A stretch of DNA of 64,000 nucleotides. It comes from a virus (taxonomy: Duplodnaviria; Heunggongvirae; Uroviricota; Caudoviricetes). Below are positions 10,001-18,168 of the stretch, in pieces. The position numbers and the translations under genes are program-made. The notes below the pieces were generated by a model. That model did no database searches. It was not told where the DNA came from and saw only the letters and a list, made by a program, of their open reading frames with translations. The stretch lies in IMG/VR virus record IMGVR_UViG_3300016674_000066, one strand, 5' to 3'. How positions within the stretch are numbered: the first letter of the stretch is position 1; the number at the start of each line of letters is the position of its first letter.

Positions 10001-13000
10001 GTCCTACATAAACGGTGTTGACCTCAAGGTAGGCGGCGAAGGCATGAAGGCCTTCTACGACAAGATCGTACCCAACGCTGTGAAAGCCCTGCTGAAGAAG
10101 GTGGGCGGAGAGCAGCTCGAGAAAGTCGGCATCCCAGACTCCAATGCTGGCCGCGAGGTTGTTGCAGCCAAGGTGCCGGGCGAAAATATGTGGGGCGTCT
10201 ACGATCGCCAGAAGGGTCAGTGGCTCGAGAGCTGGGACCGCGAGACCTACACATCTGACCCCGAGAATGCGGAGCTGACAAGCGAGAAAACGGCAAAGAG
10301 TATCGCTTCCGCGATCATGCGAGATGCCGGCGTTCTTCTGGAGCAACCCGGCTTCACCATCACCGACGCCATGCGCGAGAAGGTGGCAACCGAAGGCCTG
10401 CCGCTGTTCAGCCGCAAGCGCGACGTCACCGAGACGCCGGAGTTCCAGGCGTGGTTCGGTGACTCCAAGGTGGTGGACGCCGATGGCAAGCCGATGGTGG
10501 TGTATCACGGGACCGGCAAAGACTTCAGCGCATTCGGCGGCGGTTTTTCACCGGACCACGGGAGCGACGTTCACTTCTTCACCCCTGACCCGGATGTGGC
10601 GAATGGCTTTACCCCAGCAAGCGGCAATGGATCGGTAATTTATCCGGTCTATCTGTCGCTGCAAAATCCTGCTGAGCTTGATTTCTTTGGTGAGGACTAC
10701 GACGGAGAAGCCGTCAATGACGCGATAGACGAGGCGATCGCTGCTGGAAACGATGGCCTAATCATCACGAACATCAATGACGTGAAGGCATCGGAAATGC
10801 AGTACATCGCCTTCCGCCCAGAGCAGATCAAGAGCGCCATCGGCAACCGTGGCACCTTTGACCCAAGCGACGCAGACATCCGCCGCTCCACTGGCCGCAC
10901 CTTCACTGGTGCCGACTGGGACTCGCCCAGCGCCTCGAAGTTTGACGACCTGGTCTACAAATTCCAGGACAAGCTGATCGACACCAAGCGCGTGGTCGAG
11001 GCTATCAAGGACACGTCAGGCGCCATTGCTGACGACCTCGATGTCTACCTCCAGGAGGAGCTGTACCACGGCCGCGCCGCCAAGCGCACCGAGGACTTCG
11101 TGAACATGGAGCTCAACCCGCTGGTCGAGCAGCTGACCAAGGACGGCCTGAAGTTGGAAGACCTCGAGGAGTTCCTGCACGCCCGCCATGCGCCCGAGGC
11201 CAACAAGGTCATTGCCCAGCGCAACCCGGGCGTGGCAGGCCTCCAGGATGGCGGCTCCGGCATGAAGACGTCGGACGCCCTGGACTACATGACCACGTTG
11301 CCGGCAGACCTGAAAGCCAAGCTCGAGGCGGCAGCAGCCAAGGTCGACGACATCATCGCTCAGACCCGCAAGCTGTACGTCGACTACGAGCTCGAGAGCC
11401 AGGAGACGGTGGACGCCTGGGGCAAGATGTTCCAGCACTACATCCCGCTGCAGCGCGAAGACAAGGATGGCAGCGGCAGCCCGGGCCTGGGTCAAGGCTT
11501 CAGCGTCAAGGGCAAGGAGACCAAGGGCCGCACCGGTTCAACCCGCAAGGTGGTCGACATCCTGGCCAACATCGCCATGCAGCGCGAGAAGGCGATCGTG
11601 CGCGGCGAAAAGAACCGCGTGTCTCAGGCCCTGGTTGGCCTGGCCAGTGCCAATCCCAATGAGGGCTTCTGGACCGTCGACGAGGTGCCCACCGAGCGCG
11701 TGTACGACGAGCGCCTGGGTGTTGTGGTGGATCGCCCTGACCCGATGTGGAAGGCGCGCGAGAACACCATGGTTGCCAAGATCGTGGGGCCTGACGGCAA
11801 GGTCAAGGAGCACGCCGTCGTCTTCAATGAGGAGGACGAGCGAGCCATGCGGATGGCCAAGTCCCTGAAGAACCTGGACGCCACCCAGCTCGAGGGCCTA
11901 CTCGGCGTTAGCGCCAAGATCAGCCGCTACTTCGCCGCCATCAACACCCAGTACAACCCGGTGTTCGGCGTGGTCAACCTAGTGCGCGACGTCCAGGGCG
12001 CCGTGCTCAACCTGTCCTCCACTCCACTCGAGAACGACCGAGCCAAGATCGCCAAGGACACAGCATCCGCGCTGCGTGGCATCTATGGCGACGCCCGCGC
12101 CGCACGCAAGGGCAAGAACCCGTCGTCGGCCTGGGCGCAGCTCTGGGATGAGTTCCAGGAAGTCGGTGGACAGACCGGCTACCGCGACCTGTTCAGGACC
12201 AGTGCCGAGCGCGCGGAAGCCATCAAGAAGACGCTGAACCCGGATGCCTGGGCCGACAGCAAGCTTGGAAAGATCTTCACCGCCAACGGCGCACTGAAGG
12301 TGCCCATGGCCCAGGCCAAGCGCGGTGCCGGCTGGATCTTCGACTGGCTGAGCGACTACAACCTGGCCATGGAAAACGGCGTGCGCCTGGCGGCCTACAA
12401 GGCTGGTCTGGAGCGCGGGATGTCCAAGGAGCAGGCAGCATCGGTCGCCAAGAACCTGACGGTAAACTTCAACCGCAAGGGCCAGGTGAGCCAGCAGGCC
12501 GGCGCCATGTACGCCTTCTTCAACGCCTCGGTGCAGGGCACGGCGCGCATCGCCCAGACCATCTTCACCATGGAGCCTGGCAAGCCCAAGACCATCCGCC
12601 TGAGCCCCTTCGGCAAGAAGGTGGTGTACGGCGGCATGCTGGTTGGCTCCGTCCAGGCTCTGGCCCTGGCGGCTGCCGGCTTCGGCGACGAAGACCCGCC
12701 GCAGTTCGCCCGCGAGCGCAGCCTGATCATCCCGCTGATGAACGGCAAGTACATGACCATCCCGATGCCGCTGGGCTTCCACGTCATCCCCAACATCGGG
12801 CGCATCACCACCGAGTTCGTGTTGAGCGGATTCAGCAAGCCGCACGAGCGCGCACTGCAGCTGTTCGGGCTGTTCGCCGACACGTTCAACCCGATCGGCA
12901 ACGCCGGCATGTCCATGCAGACCCTGGCCCCCACGGCGCTTGACCCGCTGGTGGCGCTGACCGAGAACCGCGACTGGACCGGCAAGCCGATCGCCCGCGA

Positions 13001-13604
13001 GTCGATGAACCCAGCCACCCCTGGCCACGCCACGGCGCGCGACACGGCAACCGCCCTGTCCAAGTTCCTGGCCGAGGCCATCAACACGGCGTCCGGCGGC
13101 AACCAGTACGTGGCAGGCGTCTTCTCGCCCAGCCCGGACCAGATCGACTACCTGATTGGCCAGATCACCGGCGGCGTAGGTCGCGAGCTCTCGAAGGTTG
13201 AACAGTCATCCCTGGCCGCGCTGCGTGGCGAGGAGCTGCCCACCTTCAAGATCCCGCTGGTGGGTCGCTTCGTTGGCGATGCCAAGCAGCAGGCCAGCGA
13301 GGGCTCAGCGTTCTACGCCAACACCGAGCGCATCAACAAGGTGGAGACGGAGATCAAGGGCCTGCAGAAGGACGGCAAGTACGCCGAGGCGGCCGAGCTG
13401 CGCCGCACCAACAGTGACGCCTACCTGATCGCCGTGGCCAACCAGGCCGAGCGCCAGATCCAGAAGCTGCGTTCTGAGAAGCGAGAGCTGATCAAGAACA
13501 ATGCGCCGCGCGAGCAGGTGCGCGCCGTCGAGGAGCGCATCACCGCAGTGATGGCCCGTCTGAACCGTGCCGCCGAGAGACTAAGGGAGCAGCAGGGCAA
13601 CTGA
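7083..13604 (+). CDS. Second giant polyvalent protein (2173 aa) with repeated DIKRS(A/T)xR linkers, a PARP-like ART domain and a C-terminal coiled coil
   Basis: Uninterrupted ORF with high GC3. The motif VVYHGTGKDF...VHFFTPDPD...NPAELDF (about nt 10490-10690) is a paralog of the ART-like domain in the first giant protein. The D-I/A-K/R-R-S motif occurs four times. Confidence 0.75.
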   Translation: MAQLMSTSCLKLVAKINERDQDALLSRLDELQAQGMPAQRAQIQAAIDVLSGLRREAANASSIPEDQDINPDQPDIKRSAARVIPDFVEENIEDTEYPGSKYAEFDDGAAYVKFFADNKGDLRVTTLNTEGSDKVRGRDVLRWLGQTYGRPILVNEVDPPASGFWDKMQDEGIIKDWSRDAYRGKTSSLPDTDIKRSTGRSEEEIAAARADGWTIADNDLPSREAAERIVKLRTKGNSVVKPMAAWQGAEVRVVESDNPGFWAIEARRPDAKRSAARDITRSRKRQPSEIFGREIAPAAIRAYKSLSAGAKSIVDGWNVNWSMGQGRLRNSKDFDEVVKAYEPVREKLRQVYGSTVPAFRGEKQDGTESTDDRFLFSWTPMRDIAAGFAVNRRYGMPAEIPQSKVDEQIEAYSKTGIARLNGYKFVRKDPGDYEPDGPDYYYIYQGGEMITDGDDIARALQQEKDERDAWIGELRDGGKLYAGNIPVDSVAFIPVGANLRQPEFVAEYNPRKDAAGEIRLSTKRNELGFHSALERGIEDMQTKSALAGAWKAQIKGLVNKGAVKQDEVTWSGIEDWLDIQDGKVTKDAIAEYLKQGGVQVEEVTLGAVETGPQLDAWLEKWSEENDGETANAIYNGQAWSYIQRIAKQEGHQDVVDRIEAKVSGAEPKYGQYTLPGGENYREVLLTLPPIGGVRYTEENVIAIDDSDDPKRSQYFWRFKVPGNELQISKQVYRTQEEAKAYILKEKQPEPPADKNYRSSHWDQRNILAHIRVNDRADADGKRVLFVEELQSDWGQEGKKKGFADKSVSMAELAKQFDELNRERRTLEQQIAEGDDADQATQAAVERSVDVNRQMVALSDRMAALRSGVPTAPFVTKTEGWLNLALKRVIAMAVDGGYDAVAFVNGDQSADRYDLSKHVDELMIERDGDSFKISMKPIGGYYGDGGRWSGKVQELPDVLGKELADKVAAQPEGRSYINGVDLKVGGEGMKAFYDKIVPNAVKALLKKVGGEQLEKVGIPDSNAGREVVAAKVPGENMWGVYDRQKGQWLESWDRETYTSDPENAELTSEKTAKSIASAIMRDAGVLLEQPGFTITDAMREKVATEGLPLFSRKRDVTETPEFQAWFGDSKVVDADGKPMVVYHGTGKDFSAFGGGFSPDHGSDVHFFTPDPDVANGFTPASGNGSVIYPVYLSLQNPAELDFFGEDYDGEAVNDAIDEAIAAGNDGLIITNINDVKASEMQYIAFRPEQIKSAIGNRGTFDPSDADIRRSTGRTFTGADWDSPSASKFDDLVYKFQDKLIDTKRVVEAIKDTSGAIADDLDVYLQEELYHGRAAKRTEDFVNMELNPLVEQLTKDGLKLEDLEEFLHARHAPEANKVIAQRNPGVAGLQDGGSGMKTSDALDYMTTLPADLKAKLEAAAAKVDDIIAQTRKLYVDYELESQETVDAWGKMFQHYIPLQREDKDGSGSPGLGQGFSVKGKETKGRTGSTRKVVDILANIAMQREKAIVRGEKNRVSQALVGLASANPNEGFWTVDEVPTERVYDERLGVVVDRPDPMWKARENTMVAKIVGPDGKVKEHAVVFNEEDERAMRMAKSLKNLDATQLEGLLGVSAKISRYFAAINTQYNPVFGVVNLVRDVQGAVLNLSSTPLENDRAKIAKDTASALRGIYGDARAARKGKNPSSAWAQLWDEFQEVGGQTGYRDLFRTSAERAEAIKKTLNPDAWADSKLGKIFTANGALKVPMAQAKRGAGWIFDWLSDYNLAMENGVRLAAYKAGLERGMSKEQAASVAKNLTVNFNRKGQVSQQAGAMYAFFNASVQGTARIAQTIFTMEPGKPKTIRLSPFGKKVVYGGMLVGSVQALALAAAGFGDEDPPQFARERSLIIPLMNGKYMTIPMPLGFHVIPNIGRITTEFVLSGFSKPHERALQLFGLFADTFNPIGNAGMSMQTLAPTALDPLVALTENRDWTGKPIARESMNPATPGHATARDTATALSKFLAEAINTASGGNQYVAGVFSPSPDQIDYLIGQITGGVGRELSKVEQSSLAALRGEELPTFKIPLVGRFVGDAKQQASEGSAFYANTERINKVETEIKGLQKDGKYAEAAELRRTNSDAYLIAVANQAERQIQKLRSEKRELIKNNAPREQVRAVEERITAVMARLNRAAERLREQQGN

Positions 13605-13734
13605 GTAGAGGAATGAGCCCAGGGCCGCAAGGCTCAGGCCACCCCAAACCAGGAACAGCAGCAGCTCCGTCAGCTCTTGGCGCATGAGGCCTATGGCTAC
13701 GCAGATGGCGATGAAGATTATTGCGACAAAAAAC
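13575..13734 (-). CDS. Possible small membrane peptide (MFFVAIIFIAICVAIGLMRQELTELLLFLVWGG...)
   Basis: Manual translation of the minus strand. The peptide is hydrophobic, the RBS is weak, and it overlaps the 3' end of the giant gene. Confidence 0.2.
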
Positions 13735-13904
13735 ATCACCGATTCTATAGGTACTCAACGAATCCGTGATGCCTTTCGGTGTGGCTGTTGCTGTTGCTGT
13801 TCTGCGCTGAATGTGTCTGTATGTGGCTGCCAGAAAGGACAAAGGCCGCCGCCCCATCCAGATCCAGGGAGGCGGCAGCAGGGGTTGCAATCATCGATCG
13901 ATCG

Positions 13905-14216
13905 TCAGGCCTTCTTGGCTTGGCCCAGTTGATGCGGCATCCAGATGCAGTGGCGATACGCCGGGGCCGAGTCTCCCTCCTGCACCAGCGTGACGGAGTT
14001 GAGGGCAAACGTATTGCCGGCGTGGTCAGTGATTCGCAGGTTGACCATTCGATCATCCCAGACGTAAATCACTGTGGCATCCATGGGCTGATGACCATAT
14101 GACACCGGATTGACCAAGCCCCCGTCGGCGGCGATCGTCTGGCAGTTGTCATGGATGTACCAGACCTTGCGGCCGATGGTCGGCGTGATGATGGTCGGAT
14201 TCTTTGCTTCTTCCAC
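13905..14216 (-). CDS. Hypothetical protein (103 aa)
   Basis: ORF-track entry with a GTG start and a composition that looks coding. Confidence 0.45.
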   Translation of the reverse strand: MEEAKNPTIITPTIGRKVWYIHDNCQTIAADGGLVNPVSYGHQPMDATVIYVWDDRMVNLRITDHAGNTFALNSVTLVQEGDSAPAYRHCIWMPHQLGQAKKA

Positions 14217-14259
14217 TTCATTTCCTTGGTGAAGCGCCGGCAGCCGGCCGGCACGGTTG

Positions 14260-14805
14260 TCAGGCGAACGTCAGTATCTGGGCCTGAACCACTTCGCGTT
14301 GATCGCCACGGCGGTATTCGCGCAGGCGGTTGCGCTTGCGGATCTCGGCCAGCTCTGGCTCCTGCAGCTTTCGGATCTGCTCCAACAGCCCAGCCACGGT
14401 CGGTGGATCGACGATGATCTCCTCGGCGTCTGGCGCCCATGGAGAGAACACATCAAACGGGTTGCGCGCCGGCTTATCCGTGAAAGATGGGATCATGTCG
14501 ACGCGGCTGTAGCTAGGCAGTGGTGACTCGGCGTAGACAAGGTGCTTGTCTGTGGCGATGACTTGCACGCCATTCATGACCACCGGCTGCGAGACCTGGC
14601 TGTAGTGCGAGTTCATCAGCTGATTCGTGTCCACCCGGCCGGTCAGGCAGATGCCTGCCTTCCTGTGCTTGGCGATGACGTTGGTGAACATGCCACCCAG
14701 GTAGTCCTCCTCGACGGCGAACTCCCACCCGCCGAGCTGCATCGATCTGGTGTCGCTGCGCATGCCGCACCACCAGACCTCGATCTCAGGAGACCGCAGG
14801 AACAT
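14260..14805 (-). CDS. Hypothetical protein (181 aa)
   Basis: ORF-track entry lying within the co-directional early operon. Confidence 0.5.
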   Translation of the reverse strand: MFLRSPEIEVWWCGMRSDTRSMQLGGWEFAVEEDYLGGMFTNVIAKHRKAGICLTGRVDTNQLMNSHYSQVSQPVVMNGVQVIATDKHLVYAESPLPSYSRVDMIPSFTDKPARNPFDVFSPWAPDAEEIIVDPPTVAGLLEQIRKLQEPELAEIRKRNRLREYRRGDQREVVQAQILTFA

Positions 14806-14997
14806 CAGCGAATCTGCCCGTCCTGGATCTGCTGCTCGATGTCAGCGAGCTTGAGCTCTTCGGCGCGCAGCACAGACTTGGCCGCCTCGACGGCGCGCAT
14901 CTGCTTGAGCAGCGCCTCCTCGGCTTTCTTGAATTGTTCTTCGTTGATCTTTTTGGCGACAGAATTTTTCAGTGCGCCGATGTCGATAAGTGCCATG
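14805..14997 (-). CDS. Small hypothetical protein (about 64 aa, MALIDIGALKNSVAKK...)
   Basis: Internal ATG preceded by an AAGAGG RBS; it abuts the downstream gene. Confidence 0.35.
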
Positions 14998-15042
14998 GTT
15001 CTACCTCTTTGCTTCATTGCCGGCAGCCGGCCGGCGCGGTTT

Positions 15043-15468
15043 TCAAAATCTGTATGCCTGCCAGCGGGCGATCTCTTCTGCGGCACGCTTCGTCTCGCGA
15101 TGCTTTGCGCCATAGCCGGACAGGCCTTCCTGGATGTTGTCAATGTTCCGAGCCAGGCGCTTGATCCCTGCCTCGTAGTACCGCTCAACCCAGGTGTGAT
15201 CCAGAATCGTCCTGCTGTCATCAGGGCTGGTGGATAGCCGGGGAATCCCAATTGGGTCTCCAGGGTTGACGACGATGCACTCGACGTCGATGCCGCGCTC
15301 CTTGATCAGCCTGCGAACACGATCCGCCTCACTGGGTTCCGCGAAGATGATGCGGTCTCCATCTTTTACCGACTCGATCAGTGATGTGGTCCGGCCTGAT
15401 CTGCGGCCGCATGCGAGGTACACATTTACGGCGCCCATCACGCCGGCACCGATCCCAAAATGGTCCAT
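15043..15468 (-). CDS. Hypothetical protein with a Walker-A-like motif (P-loop-like)
   Basis: The motif GRRSGRTT resembles GxxxxGK[ST] but has Arg in place of the conserved Lys. Confidence 0.5.
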   Translation of the reverse strand: MDHFGIGAGVMGAVNVYLACGRRSGRTTSLIESVKDGDRIIFAEPSEADRVRRLIKERGIDVECIVVNPGDPIGIPRLSTSPDDSRTILDHTWVERYYEAGIKRLARNIDNIQEGLSGYGAKHRETKRAAEEIARWQAYRF

Positions 15469-15476
15469 GTCGACTC

Positions 15477-15848
15477 CTATTTTTCAGACGACCATGCGTC
15501 GCTGTATTCCCGATGAATCTCTCGGTTTGCCTGATCAATGATCTCATGCACGCAGCGCAACGCCTTCCGGTAGGTAGGCTGCATACGCATCCAGCCCTCG
15601 TGGCTGATTGCTCTTGTCGAGTAGATGGCCCTACTGCGAACAATCAGACCCCCTCCATTCGGAAGACTTTCGAGCTGGGAGGTTTTAAAAGTAAGCCCAT
15701 CAAAGACCTTGTAGACCAAGGAAAATTTTTCAACCTTGATCGCGAAACATTGGGCGACCCAGGCGACTGCTGGTCTGCCGGTCAGCTTGTCGTACTCGAT
15801 GTAGACGCGCCACCTGGTGTGGCCCTGCCTGATGCGCTTCTTCATTGT
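15477..15848 (-). CDS. Hypothetical protein; the probable start is the internal MKKRIRQ
   Basis: ORF track; the internal start gives an ATGA-type junction with the upstream gene. Confidence 0.45.
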   Translation of the reverse strand, partial: TMKKRIRQGHTRWRVYIEYDKLTGRPAVAWVAQCFAIKVEKFSLVYKVFDGLTFKTSQLESLPNGGGLIVRSRAIYSTRAISHEGWMRMQPTYRKALRCVHEIIDQANREIHREYSDAWSSEK

Positions 15849-16084
15849 GGCCTCCTGAACCAGGCCGCATCCATCTTCCCGCCCAGCATGAGGCCTTGCT
15901 TGGGCACCCTGGGCTCGACGATGTAGCAGACCTTGCTCTGAAAGAACTTCGACCGAAACCTGGCGACCACCCTGTGCCTCGTCCATTCGCCTGAGAAGGG
16001 TGTCTCCACCTCATCCCCGATGTTGAACTCCAGGCACTCCGGCGTGGTCTTGCCAGCCCAGCCGCAGCACTCGGTCGCCTTCAT
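15842..16084 (-). CDS. Hypothetical protein (80 aa)
   Basis: ORF track. Confidence 0.4.
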   Translation of the reverse strand: MKATECCGWAGKTTPECLEFNIGDEVETPFSGEWTRHRVVARFRSKFFQSKVCYIVEPRVPKQGLMLGGKMDAAWFRRPQ

Positions 16085-16087
16085 GGC

Positions 16088-16972
16088 TTACGCCAGCTCG
16101 CCGCCCAGGGCGGCCACCAGATCGGTCACCAGTGCGCGCAGCTCGCCGGTGGCAATCATCACGTCGGCATCGAAACCGCCATCGTCCTGCTGCTTGTCAT
16201 CGAACACGCCGTCCAGGAAGGCAATCTTCTTGATGTGCGTGCCCTCGGTCAGCACAAAGGTCGCGCGGCCATCCCAGTCCAGCGCCAGCTTGGTGGGCAG
16301 CTTGCCCTGACTGATGTGCTTGCGCATCTCCTCGTCGTCGAGGTGGTGGCGATCAAACTTCACCACGGACTTCATCTCGTCACCGCTGTGCAGCTCGACG
16401 TGGCGCCCGGGGGCGAAGTGCTCTGGCCAATCGTCGGCATTCGCCACCAGCCAGGAGGTCATCGCTGCCTGCGGCGCCACCTGGGTGTTGAGGCGCGACA
16501 GCTGCAGCTGATCCATGGTCTTGACCAGAAGCGTGGTGACCTCGTCGAGCACGGCGTTGGACGAGCTGCCGATCACGATGCGGCCGTTCTCGTAGTCGAT
16601 CCACACCTTCACGCGGCGCTGCTTCGAGAATGCGTGCGGCAGCAGCTGATGCACCACCTCATCGCGCAGGTCGCGGGTCTCCTTGCGGCCTGGCTTACGA
16701 CCCTCGTTGCGCTCGATGGCATCGCAGACCTCGGCGAGCTTGCGCTTCACGGCTTCGCCGGGAACCTTCTTGGTTTCGATGGCCACCTCGATGATGGCAT
16801 CTCGACCGAAGCGCTCGACCAGTGGGCTGTGCTTTTCGCCGCGAGGCGGGACAAAGCCGATGGCGAACTCCTGGGTTGGACCGCACGGCTCAAAGGTGGC
16901 CTTTGCGAGATCCTGATCAATGAACACACCAATGTCGCCGGCGAACTTGAAAACAGAGATTTCCTTGAACAT
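16088..16972 (-). CDS. rdgC: Recombination-associated protein of the RdgC family
   Basis: About 294 aa, with the N-terminus MFKEISVFKF... typical of RdgC; lies in a recombination/replication gene neighbourhood. Confidence 0.7.
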   Translation of the reverse strand: MFKEISVFKFAGDIGVFIDQDLAKATFEPCGPTQEFAIGFVPPRGEKHSPLVERFGRDAIIEVAIETKKVPGEAVKRKLAEVCDAIERNEGRKPGRKETRDLRDEVVHQLLPHAFSKQRRVKVWIDYENGRIVIGSSSNAVLDEVTTLLVKTMDQLQLSRLNTQVAPQAAMTSWLVANADDWPEHFAPGRHVELHSGDEMKSVVKFDRHHLDDEEMRKHISQGKLPTKLALDWDGRATFVLTEGTHIKKIAFLDGVFDDKQQDDGGFDADVMIATGELRALVTDLVAALGGELA

Positions 16973-16983
16973 CTTGAACTTCC

Positions 16984-17352
16984 TTACATCAACTTGCTGA
17001 TCTGATCCTGGAGCGCGATCTTGCGGTCGTGGACCTTGCCACCAAACGCGAGCGCCTCGATTGCATCGGCCTTGGTCATGCCGTCAGCCATCTTTATGAC
17101 GATGCTGTACAGAAGGTTTGCAACACTGCCAACCATCGCCTTGACGAACCCACCATCTTCTTCATTGGTTGCGCCGACAATGTGGCCAACCATCTCCATC
17201 ACCTGATTTGACTCGAATGCAGCAATGCTCAGCCGCTTGAACTGCTCGCCCCGAACACCAGCCGACTCGAACATGTCGCTGATACGGCGAAGCTCTTCTT
17301 CGAGCTTGGCCTTGATTTCTTGATCCATGTAGAACTCCTGTTGCGTGATCAA
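16984..17352 (-). CDS. Hypothetical protein
   Basis: ORF track. Confidence 0.45.
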   Translation of the reverse strand: MITQQEFYMDQEIKAKLEEELRRISDMFESAGVRGEQFKRLSIAAFESNQVMEMVGHIVGATNEEDGGFVKAMVGSVANLLYSIVIKMADGMTKADAIEALAFGGKVHDRKIALQDQISKLM

Positions 17353-17408
17353 ACTATAGCAGAAAAGGTTGATGGCGCAACAGGATGTTGCTACAAAAAC
17401 GACGAAAT

Positions 17409-17990
17409 TTATTGGTGCAGTTTGTATTCGGTGACCTGTGCCCAGGAAACATGGTTTGCTGGGATGGCCTCGCGCTCAAACTCGTTGCCGCGAATGTCGA
17501 CAAGTATGTCGGGGCGCTCAAGCCTTGGGCCAAGTTTGGAGCCATGCCACACAGTCCACATCTTGGGTCCGATGGTTGCGCCACCCTCCGACACAGCCAT
17601 CGATCGAGGACTATTCAGAGGGTCATTCAACTGAACAGTGGGGCCGGGGCCGCCAGCACCTCCAGCCGAGATCGATGCGAACCGTGGCGCATCCTTGATG
17701 ATGGAGTCGACGAAGATGCTGCCAATAGGCTGATCCTCGTTGAGCATCTCGATGCGGCGCTGCAGTGTGTCGATCGCCTCCTGGACGTCCTTACGGAAGT
17801 CCTTGCCAGCACCGCGCTGCCCAGCAAGCAACAGCTTCTTGATGGCGTGGCCCAGGGCCTGGTCGGTCACATTGAACAGCTCGAGCACGCGGTACACATC
17901 GATGACCGTCAGCTTCGAGACGTCCTTGAAGTAGTGGCTGTGCTTGCGCTTCTGTTGTGCGTCAAGCTGTCCGCTGGGTGAGATTGTCAT
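17409..17990 (-). CDS. Hypothetical protein (193 aa)
   Basis: ORF track. Confidence 0.5.
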   Translation of the reverse strand: MTISPSGQLDAQQKRKHSHYFKDVSKLTVIDVYRVLELFNVTDQALGHAIKKLLLAGQRGAGKDFRKDVQEAIDTLQRRIEMLNEDQPIGSIFVDSIIKDAPRFASISAGGAGGPGPTVQLNDPLNSPRSMAVSEGGATIGPKMWTVWHGSKLGPRLERPDILVDIRGNEFEREAIPANHVSWAQVTEYKLHQ

Positions 17991-18168
17991 TGGGTCTTCT
18001 TTCTTGCGTTGCGTTTACGCCAGCAGCTGGCGCAGAAGAATTTCGATCCGAGCTCGACACCACCGGATGGGTATTTGGGACCACACCCGGGGGTGGAGCA
18101 CTCCTTGAGCGGCCTGGTGAATTTGTGGCTACCAGGCAGCAGAGGCGGTGCTTGCATTGCGCTCATGG

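Noticed and set aside
603-13028. Many long minus-strand and alternative-frame ORFs inside the giant genes (for example 603-1859, 3093-3839, 4704-6881, 8946-9938 and 11979-13028)
   Set aside because: Their translations are R/A/G/P/L-rich with low third-position GC. This is typical of off-frame reading in GC-rich DNA, and frame 0 carries the coding signal. The single exception is 5884-6180, reported separately.
14237-15036. The GCCGGCAGCCGGCCGGC repeats considered as a CRISPR array
   Set aside because: Only two copies were found, about 780 bp apart and intergenic, with no regular spacer structure.
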